DNA of 64,000 nt, taken from the IMG/VR virus record IMGVR_UViG_3300025450_000013; one strand, given 5' to 3'. The notes beneath the pieces were generated by a model. It saw only the letters and a list, made by a program, of their open reading frames with translations, had not been told where the DNA came from and did no database searches. A program made the position numbers and the translations under genes. Shown one piece after another: positions 56,681-64,000 of the stretch. Numbering within the stretch: position 1 is the first letter of the stretch; each line of letters begins with the position of its first letter. This DNA is from a virus.

Positions 56681-58156
56681 TCACTTATCCTTCATGTCAA
56701 TTTTGTATATACGGAACCTAAAGTGTTCTTCACTATAGGTTTTTAACCTCTCTAAAAAATGCTTTAGAGTGAAATTTTCGCGTTTTTTGTAGGTAAAATC
56801 ATCGGCGATATCAAATAAGGTGGCGGATTTTTTCGTTGCAGAAACACGGAGTCCGCGACCAATGGACTGAAGGTTACGGATCTTGGACTTGGAAGGAGAT
56901 GCAAAGACGATGTTGTCCAAGGCCACAATATTAGTACCAGTGCTAAGAACACCAACGGACCCAACAATAATAGCATCACGTTCGTTCTCGACGACCCTGC
57001 GTATTTGTTCTCTGTCTTCGACATCAGTTCCTCCATGAATAAAAAAGACCTTACGGCCGTCCTTGACTTTCTTATTTAGCATGTCGTGGAGGACGGTCCC
57101 ATGCTTCTCAACAAAGTTAAATAGTAATAAGGTATTGCCTTCTAAAGACAAGACAAGATTACATATAAACTTATTACGACTATTATTAGATATAATATAT
57201 TCAAGTTCCTCTTGGTATGTGGCCGATTTCATATAGTGACATTCTTCCTCACTATATTTCAACAAAAGACACTTGATGGTAAGTTCTGCTAGTTGTTTCT
57301 TCTCCATCAGTTCTTTTGATGTGGTAGCCTTATATATCTGCCCGAATAATCCCATCAATACCCATTCGTGTGCCTTGGCACCGGATAATGTGCCTGTTAC
57401 ACCGAGTCGGTATTCTGCTTTGGTACATTTGGAAAGGATATCAGATAGAGCCTTGGCCTGTGCTTGATGAACTTCGTCACAGATTACATAATCAAACTGC
57501 TCAAAGTATTCTTTAGGCATCCTAAACAAGGACTGCCAAGTGGATATCATAATGGGATGTTCGGAGTTTTTATCTTTACCTGAATATACTCTCCAACAAT
57601 ACTTGAACATATCCTTACCATTCTTAGTAGAATAGTCTTGGAAGTCGGAGAACATTTGTTCTACTAGTGCGGACCTAGGAACAATGAGAAGGCCTCGCTT
57701 CCCTTGTTTGAGCAAATAATTGCAAACAAGGTATAGCAAAAGAGACTTGCCGGAACCAGTAGGAGACAACACAATGCGACGTTTAGAACGAATAGAATGA
57801 ACGAAAGCATCCATTTGATAATCGCGTGGAGGGTGTTTAGGATTGAGTATTTCAACATATTCTTTAGCCTCTTCTAAGGAGAATGATGTATCTAAGTCTT
57901 CATCCTCATACTCATATGTATAACCTCTCTCCTTGATCCACTTCATTACCTGTGGTGCAAGGCCACGATATATCAAACCTGTGGTAGGTGAATAAAGTCT
58001 GAGGTATCCATCCCAAAGTTTCTGCTTGTAAGAAGGAACAAACTGAAACCCTGGGGGACGGAAAGAAAATGCATCTCGCAATTCCCATCCTTTACCTTCA
58101 TCACAACGGATATGGATGTAGGCCTCATTCTTATTTGTTATAACAAAGTCTATCAT
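56681..58156 (-). CDS. uvsW: UvsW SF2 helicase
   Basis: PRDYQ, SPTGSGKS, DEVH, TGT, QSIGRGLR. Confidence 0.95.
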   Translation of the reverse strand: MIDFVITNKNEAYIHIRCDEGKGWELRDAFSFRPPGFQFVPSYKQKLWDGYLRLYSPTTGLIYRGLAPQVMKWIKERGYTYEYEDEDLDTSFSLEEAKEYVEILNPKHPPRDYQMDAFVHSIRSKRRIVLSPTGSGKSLLLYLVCNYLLKQGKRGLLIVPRSALVEQMFSDFQDYSTKNGKDMFKYCWRVYSGKDKNSEHPIMISTWQSLFRMPKEYFEQFDYVICDEVHQAQAKALSDILSKCTKAEYRLGVTGTLSGAKAHEWVLMGLFGQIYKATTSKELMEKKQLAELTIKCLLLKYSEEECHYMKSATYQEELEYIISNNSRNKFICNLVLSLEGNTLLLFNFVEKHGTVLHDMLNKKVKDGRKVFFIHGGTDVEDREQIRRVVENERDAIIVGSVGVLSTGTNIVALDNIVFASPSKSKIRNLQSIGRGLRVSATKKSATLFDIADDFTYKKRENFTLKHFLERLKTYSEEHFRFRIYKIDMKDK

Positions 58157-58608
58157 CTATCCGTCATTTTCTTCCATTCAATAAAGGATCTTAGAGCATA
58201 TACTCTACTGTTTAGTTCCTTTATAATAGAGGTGCAAAACTCTACAATTTCTTCATGGACTACTTTTTTAAGAACTAGATTATTTAGGTCTTCGTCCGCG
58301 TCCATGTATATTGGTGTATATTGTTTGATTATAATACGACCTTGAGGTTCCCAACCACGTTCTTTCAGTTCTTCCATATCAAGTTCACCTTGATAATATT
58401 GATGCTTAATCAAACGCATTTTATTATAGTCATTGGTAAACTTCTTGACTAACATTCTATGGTGAGATAGAATGTGTAAGTATTTACCATGAAGGGAAGA
58501 AATACGTATTAGTTCTAGGCCTGGTTCAGTGGAGTCAATAGCACAATCCTTATGCCATTCTTCCATTAGGTCATCAAGTTTAACTGGTGGTCGCAAAGCA
58601 AACTCCAT
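58153..58608 (-). CDS. uvsY: UvsY recombination mediator
   Basis: W..D..ID, LH.KY, YY.G, Y.DAD.D, I.W.K; synteny. Confidence 0.9.
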   Translation of the reverse strand: MEFALRPPVKLDDLMEEWHKDCAIDSTEPGLELIRISSLHGKYLHILSHHRMLVKKFTNDYNKMRLIKHQYYQGELDMEELKERGWEPQGRIIIKQYTPIYMDADEDLNNLVLKKVVHEEIVEFCTSIIKELNSRVYALRSFIEWKKMTDR

Positions 58609-58624
58609 TCATTATCAAATGACT

Positions 58625-58653
58625 ATTATACAGGAATATTATACGGAAGTCAA
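58625..58653 (-). promoter_or_regulatory. sigma70 promoter for uvsY
   Basis: TTGACT-N17-TATAAT. Confidence 0.75.
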
Positions 58654-59163
58654 TCTCTCAATTTCAAAGAGGTCATAACGGAAGGTAAAGTCAGCGGTAG
58701 GAATAACATCCGCGTCTACCTTGGTATCAAAGGATATTAATCCAATTGATGTCGGGTGACAGTTATGGAACTTTACCCGAATGTTAGGATTATTTGCATT
58801 GGTATTTACGGTAAGATATCCGTCAAAATAAAGTGGTGCTTTAGGATTCTTTGCCTTAATGTATTGAGCATATGATTGTGGTCTGGTTAGACCTACCAAC
58901 CACTTATATGTCTCCTCCCATACCCGAAGGTCCTCATCGATAATAGCAGTGATGGTGAAAGCATCATATACTAGTTTATCACCGTGACGATATGTATTAG
59001 AAAATGGTGTAGGAACCATAACCTCTGTGGTAGATACTGAAGGTAGATTGACCGTTTGACAGAAATATTTTAGAAACGGAAGATCAGGAATAATGAACGT
59101 GAACTTGGTACTCTGTAGAATACTGGTGTTCGTAGGTGTCTGTGGTAAAAATTCTGTAGTCAT
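58639..59163 (-). CDS. gp3: tail completion/tube terminator gp3
   Basis: F.F.I..LP...YFCQ.VNLP, GD...Y, DE.L..W.E...W; lies between gp23 and uvsY; late promoter at 59179-59185. Confidence 0.8.
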   Translation of the reverse strand: MTTEFLPQTPTNTSILQSTKFTFIIPDLPFLKYFCQTVNLPSVSTTEVMVPTPFSNTYRHGDKLVYDAFTITAIIDEDLRVWEETYKWLVGLTRPQSYAQYIKAKNPKAPLYFDGYLTVNTNANNPNIRVKFHNCHPTSIGLISFDTKVDADVIPTADFTFRYDLFEIERLTSV

Positions 59164-59309
59164 ATTTCCTCCGTCCATTATTTAGGCATTCACTTTTGAC
59201 GGCCAACATTACGAAAGTTTAATGTTCCGTTAATGTTTGGTTCATTGAAAAAAGTTTTTTGATGACTATATACTATTAGGTTAGATTACGAACGACCAAG
59301 GAGGTTATT

Positions 59310-59870
59310 ATGGGTATCATTTACTGTTACACAAACAAGGTTACTGGAAAGAAATATATCGGACAAACCATACATCCAGAACAAAGGAAACGCAACCACT
59401 TGCACGAAGCAATGGAAAGAGATTCTAATTATTATTTCCATCGTTCTATCAGGAAACACGGATGGAATAACTTTGACTATGAGGTTCTGGAAGAAAATGT
59501 TGAGAACCTAAATGAAAGAGAAAACCATTATATTAATATGTATAATACATTATGGCCCAGTGGATACAACCAATGTCCTGCCGCAGCATTAGATAAGACC
59601 GCTATTGAGAAGATGAAAGATACTAAAAGAAAACAGTTTTTCTCCATGTCAGAAGAAGAACGCAGAGCAAGAGTAGAGTGTATGGTACAAGCCAATATTG
59701 GATCTAAACGAACAGAAGAAACAAAAAAGAAAATGAGTGATTCAGCAAAAAAGTATCTTGCTGAAAATCCAAGAGTCAGAAGCGAAGAAACTAAAAAGAA
59801 AACAAGCGAAACTATGAAAAGAATAAGAGCAGAAAAGTTTTGGTCGACCAACAAAAATGCCGGGGAGTAA
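59310..59870 (+). mobile_element. Seg-like GIY-YIG homing endonuclease with NUMOD3-like repeats
   Basis: IIYCYTN...GKKYIGQT, R, E, GYN, and R(T/S)EETKKK.S repeats; GGAGG SD. Confidence 0.9.
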
Positions 59871-59888
59871 ATCCCCGGCAGTTTGTCT
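59853..59888. terminator. bidirectional terminator between gp23 and the GIY-YIG gene
   Basis: AAAAA-TGCCGGGG-AGTAAAT-CCCCGGCA-GTTTGT. Confidence 0.75.
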
Positions 59889-59924
59889 TATACACTTATA
59901 AGTTGTGTATAAGTATTTGATAAA

Positions 59925-61295
59925 TCAAGTGAGGTTCCGCACTCTGAAAATACGGTAGTAGATGTTAGCCTGACCTGATGTGTTGCGGTCGCCAACTACA
60001 CCATCGCCGTTTGAAGTTGCGAACGGATTGGCAACCATTCCGTAACGTGTTTTGAAACCAATCTTTGGCTGGAATGTATCCTGACCGATTGCACGAACCA
60101 TCTGTAGTGGAACGTATGGGCAGTAGAATAGACCAGCGTCAAATGGTGACTGACCACGGAAGCCAACTGTGACAAGCTCGTCGCCGACTGCTGAACCACC
60201 GAAGTAAGGATCAATATAAACCTTAATGCGGTTGTGAAGCATACCAACGAAGGTGTTGCCTGTATCGTCAACTGTTAGGTCGGCAGATAGAGCAGGTGTA
60301 TAGGAAAGAACACCAGCCATAGCCATAGCAGATGCAACGTCTGAAGAAACGATGATGACGTTGCCTTTGCCGCGACGGGTTGCCTTCGCAATAGCGTTGG
60401 CTTCGCGTTCAATCTGGAAAATAAGACCTTTGAACTTCTCAACTGACCAACGGCCGTTTGAGTCTGTGTCAAGATCGAATGTACCAGCAGTTGTAACACC
60501 ATACTGAGCACCAACTGATGCTGAACGGTAGATTGTGCGGATAACTTCACGGTTGATTTCTGCTAGGATCTCTGTTGAGAGAATGTTAGCAAGTTCTGTC
60601 TCAGCATCAAGGCCGTGAATGGCTTTAAGATCCTGAGCAAGTTCTGTGGTGTATTCTGCTTTTAGCGCACGGCTACGAGCAGTAACAGTGACTTTATCAA
60701 TGTTGAATGCCATTTCAGCAAAAGCATTACCTGAAGTACCGTCGCCGAGTGCTTCAGCCTGTGCTGTTGTCATGCCTTTACCAACACCGTATGTTGCTGA
60801 ATCGCCAAGAGCGAAAACAGGATCGGTGTTTGATGTGTTACCAGATGTAGCACCAGCAAGACCACCAGCAGCGTTCTGTGAAGAGAAAGCTGAGTTAGCT
60901 TCAAAGAACAATGCTTCGTTTGCTGTTGCAGGTGTCTGACCGTATGGAACAGTCTGGTTGCTATAACGGGCACGCATAGCAAAGATAAGGCCGGTAGGAC
61001 CTGTCATTGGCTGAACGCCGCAAACGTCATAAGCGATTAGGTTAGGAAGCGCACGACGGACAAGAGAAATAAGAATTGGATCGTATGAACCAATTGCTGT
61101 ACCAGCACCGAGGCCGCCACCTGAGTTTGTAGGTGCAGCTTCGTTAAGTGTGCGGCTTTCCTCAGCCATTGCTTTTTCTTGGTTCTCAAGAACTACGGCT
61201 GTAACCGCACGGCGGTATGGATCCTTAATTGATGAGAGACCGTCGTGGTCAAGAACTGGTGACCACTTCTGCTCTAGTTGTTCTGTTAAATACAT
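59925..61295 (-). CDS. gp23: major capsid protein gp23
   Basis: KWSPVL, LVRRA.PNLIA.D.CGVQPM.GPTG, SRALKAEYT.ELAQDLKAIHGLDAE, FQPKIGFKTRYG. Confidence 0.98.
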   Translation of the reverse strand: MYLTEQLEQKWSPVLDHDGLSSIKDPYRRAVTAVVLENQEKAMAEESRTLNEAAPTNSGGGLGAGTAIGSYDPILISLVRRALPNLIAYDVCGVQPMTGPTGLIFAMRARYSNQTVPYGQTPATANEALFFEANSAFSSQNAAGGLAGATSGNTSNTDPVFALGDSATYGVGKGMTTAQAEALGDGTSGNAFAEMAFNIDKVTVTARSRALKAEYTTELAQDLKAIHGLDAETELANILSTEILAEINREVIRTIYRSASVGAQYGVTTAGTFDLDTDSNGRWSVEKFKGLIFQIEREANAIAKATRRGKGNVIIVSSDVASAMAMAGVLSYTPALSADLTVDDTGNTFVGMLHNRIKVYIDPYFGGSAVGDELVTVGFRGQSPFDAGLFYCPYVPLQMVRAIGQDTFQPKIGFKTRYGMVANPFATSNGDGVVGDRNTSGQANIYYRIFRVRNLT

Positions 61296-61330
61296 TTTAG
61301 TTTCCTTCTTTCTATGTTACTAAAGTTAAA

Positions 61331-62770
61331 TTACTTTGGGAGGCTTCTACCAAGTGCTTTTACGTAGTTTGCCATAGGACCTTCAAGATTGCTTTCGTTA
61401 ATCATTGATGGATCTGCGGACTCTACGCGGTCAAGCACCTCATCAGCCTTAACTGATGTTGGGAAGTAGTTCTCTCGTAGTGTTGAAATTTTTTCGATAA
61501 ACTGGTCATCGTTATTATAAGCAACATTCTCAACGAGACCTTTAAGTTTCTCGGCCTGAGTAGTTGTAAGACCTTCACAAACATAACCTACCAACTCATT
61601 CTTACGAGCCTCAGCAATCATGCCTGTTAGAGCAACATTGCGTTCAATCTCTTCATTGAGTTTTGCTTCAAGTTCTTCAACGGTATGTGAAAGTTCTTCT
61701 ACAACGGCAACTTCCTCTTCAGGAATGTCGATGTAGTGTTCGGCGAATAGTGAACGAAGACCGCTGATGAAATCCTCGGTAAGTTCGCTACGGAGAGCGG
61801 ACTCAACGGCAACTTCATTTTCTTCGATCCATTGTTCAACTACGTAATTGAGATAGTTATCAACGTCAGATGAAAGTTGTTCCATAATCTCTGCAACTCT
61901 TTCTTCCAATGTCTCTGCATAAGCCTGCTCAAGTAGGGCAACTTCTTCTTCAAGTTTCGCTTTTACAGCAGATTCAAAAATTGTGGTTGCCTTAGCATGA
62001 AAATCTTCTGAGAGGTTTTCACCTTCGAGTAGAGCATTAACATGTTCAGACATGTCAACTGGATAATACTCGACTGGTGATTCCTCTGATGTCTCTTCGT
62101 CTAGAACTTCTTCTGAAAATTCAAAGTTCTCTTCAATTGCTGCAAGTATCTCTTCTTCTGAAAGACCTGCTTCAATTTGTTCGTTGATAAATGCCTCTAG
62201 TTCTTCAGAAAGTTCAATTTCTTCTTCTAGTGATTCTTCTTTATCTTCTTCCATTGAACAAGCAGCAGCCATTTTTGATTTCTTAGCTGCTTCTTTAATG
62301 GTTGCAACACGATCTGCAATTGCTGATGTTTCAGCAACTACTGGACGGTCATCTTCCATCTCTTCTGGAAGACCAGCAGGAGAAGATGAACCGGACTGTG
62401 GTTGTGCTTTTAGTGATTTCTTACCTTCACCTTTAACGGATGGAACAGATGACTTTGATGTGTCTTTGCCGGTTTTGCCAGCAGCTTTAGCACCAAGGTT
62501 ATCTTTTGCTAGGCTTGTTGGTGTAGCACCACCAAGATCCTCAACACCGTCAAAATCTGATGGACCAGAAGCACCGTTGCCTTGAGCATGACGGTCTTCT
62601 TTAGCCTTTGTACCAGGATGCAATGTCTTGGCGTTGGCTGTATTAACTGTTGAAGGATCAACTGGATTAGGATTTGAAATCTTACCAGGTGATACTTCTG
62701 GATAAGCACCTTCGGTTAGTTGCTTACCTTCTAGAACAGCTTTAGCTGCTTCGGTTAGTGATTTACCCAT
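61331..62770 (-). CDS. gp22: prohead core scaffold gp22
   Basis: Acidic coiled coil, KA.TIFE.AV, D.YL.YV.E.W, LF.EHYID.P; late promoter at 62799-62805. Confidence 0.92.
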   Translation of the reverse strand: MGKSLTEAAKAVLEGKQLTEGAYPEVSPGKISNPNPVDPSTVNTANAKTLHPGTKAKEDRHAQGNGASGPSDFDGVEDLGGATPTSLAKDNLGAKAAGKTGKDTSKSSVPSVKGEGKKSLKAQPQSGSSSPAGLPEEMEDDRPVVAETSAIADRVATIKEAAKKSKMAAACSMEEDKEESLEEEIELSEELEAFINEQIEAGLSEEEILAAIEENFEFSEEVLDEETSEESPVEYYPVDMSEHVNALLEGENLSEDFHAKATTIFESAVKAKLEEEVALLEQAYAETLEERVAEIMEQLSSDVDNYLNYVVEQWIEENEVAVESALRSELTEDFISGLRSLFAEHYIDIPEEEVAVVEELSHTVEELEAKLNEEIERNVALTGMIAEARKNELVGYVCEGLTTTQAEKLKGLVENVAYNNDDQFIEKISTLRENYFPTSVKADEVLDRVESADPSMINESNLEGPMANYVKALGRSLPK

Positions 62771-62809
62771 GTTTAGGATACTCCTTTATTTCCTATGTTA
62801 TTTAGTATT

Positions 62810-63457
62810 TTACAATTTTGAAATATAATTTTCAAAAATCTTTAAGGCTACAGATTCAATATCGTGTTTGGATGCTTCTTTAATGAGTTTTACCGCACGG
62901 TAGTGATCTTGTTCATGCCACTCTCCGTTTAGAAAAACCCACTCTTTGCCTTCCATTATACCACGAACGAATGCCTCTGGTGCTGATGGGTCGGCCACAA
63001 CATCTGCTGCTGTTGCTAACTTGTAATCATCTTGGACTTGTTGATAACCATTGTGTGCTTTAAGAGACCCTACACCTCTCGTTGACACACCAAGGCTTGC
63101 ACCACCATCTAGTAGACTCTTAACTATTTTACCGTTAGGAGTATCTAAAATCTTTGCTTTACCAATAAAATTATTCCCGTCAGGATGTAATGATGTAATC
63201 ATGTGGGACACACGGTCTAGGTTAATTTGAGGATTCTCAGGATGACCTAGCTCACCAAACGCTCTGTTCTTTTGAACGTATTCGCGGTTGTAACGATCTG
63301 CCTCTTTGGAAAGGACATTCAATGGATAAACACGACCGTTTCTATTGACCTTCTCGGCCTGCATAAAGATACCTTGAATAAAGTGGTTTTTTCCACCTTT
63401 ACCATTATCTTCAACAAGATATTGAATGTCTAGAATTTCTTCGGTTATTAGTTTCAT
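62810..63457 (-). CDS. gp21: prohead protease gp21
   Basis: MKLITE, G.F.QAE..NRNGR.YP, GELGHP, GVSTRG.GS, D.VADPSAP.A. Confidence 0.96.
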   Translation of the reverse strand: MKLITEEILDIQYLVEDNGKGGKNHFIQGIFMQAEKVNRNGRVYPLNVLSKEADRYNREYVQKNRAFGELGHPENPQINLDRVSHMITSLHPDGNNFIGKAKILDTPNGKIVKSLLDGGASLGVSTRGVGSLKAHNGYQQVQDDYKLATAADVVADPSAPEAFVRGIMEGKEWVFLNGEWHEQDHYRAVKLIKEASKHDIESVALKIFENYISKL

Positions 63458-63484
63458 TGGTTTCCTCTACCTTTATAGGTATAT

Positions 63485-64000
63485 TTAGTTGTTTTCTTCC
63501 GATAATGGATTAGATGACATGGATCCAAGAGTTCTTAAAACAGGATTATCTCCAATACGTTTAGCTGTATTTTTAATAGATGTATTCCATTTCTTATATC
63601 CAATAGCACGACCTAATCTTTTTGCTTTATTCGTTTGACCGCGTTCTTTCCAACTTTGTATTTTTTCAGCCCTTCTTTGTGCTTTAACATTTGCTATTGT
63701 TTTTTTAGAAAGTTTAGCCCAATCAGGTTTTTTTAATTTATCATCTTGTTTTGTAGGAGCAGTAGGTTGATCATCTTTTTTTATTCCAAAAGCACCTTTT
63801 TGTGGCTTTGTAGCAGATGGTTTTGATTCTGGTTCTTTTTCATCAACATCAGCCATAGCTTGTGCAGTTTTACCAAATTGTTTACCAAGTTTTTCTGCAC
63901 TTGTTTTAGCTCTTCTTTCTAATTCTGATGATGGTTTTGTCCAACCGGTTTCTCCATCTTCATCTAACTTTTTTTTACGTGTTTTTGGTTTTTTTAATTT
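63485..64000 (-). CDS. basic head-region protein, 5'-truncated by window edge
   Basis: Frame stays open upstream of 63856 to position 64000 (KLKKPKTRKKKLDEDG...); lies upstream of gp21. Confidence 0.55.
   Translation of the reverse strand, partial: KLKKPKTRKKKLDEDGETGWTKPSSELERRAKTSAEKLGKQFGKTAQAMADVDEKEPESKPSATKPQKGAFGIKKDDQPTAPTKQDDKLKKPDWAKLSKKTIANVKAQRRAEKIQSWKERGQTNKAKRLGRAIGYKKWNTSIKNTAKRIGDNPVLRTLGSMSSNPLSEENN

Noticed and set aside
59219-59233. TTAA-N7-TTAA CtrA-like box in the gp3/GIY-YIG intergenic region
   Set aside because: Only 8 AT-only informative bases; several chance matches are expected in 64 kb of AT-rich DNA.
136-62585. Numerous + strand ORFs in the track
   Set aside because: They are antisense shadows of well-supported minus-strand genes; only 59310-59870 has an SD and recognisable motifs.

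Overview
This is a 64-kb segment of a large T4-like myophage genome, with almost all genes on the minus strand. It carries the conserved core in cyanophage/phiM12-like order: gp21-gp22-gp23, gp3, uvsY, uvsW, gp55, gp47, gp46, CobT/CobS-like, gp1, gp45, dsbA, gp44, gp62, regA, dUTPase, hsp20, gp43, uvsX, gp41. Accessory content includes a ~10-kb sugar-nucleotide/glycosyltransferase island, six Fe(II)/2OG-type oxygenases, a flavin-dependent halogenase, a sulfotransferase + APS-kinase + U32-like + JmjC cassette, a QueG-like Fe-S protein, Dps, Bfd, ClpP, three cell-wall hydrolases and free-standing HNH/GIY-YIG endonucleases. The host is probably alphaproteobacterial (inferred from a PhaR-like box and the style of the secreted proteins). 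The most unusual signal is non-coding: two dispersed CCA-ending tRNA-Gly-like genes (21265-21339, 43381-43452). Both keep glycine acceptor identity and identical D/T arms, but have a 6-bp T-stem and differently shortened anticodon loops, so they look chargeable but non-decoding. One sits directly upstream of the QueG-like gene. The other is back-to-back with a further ~106-nt multibranch RNA. Other structured non-coding elements lie at 2484-2670, 27709-27777 and 56173-56277. All family calls come from reading motifs by eye; no searches were run.
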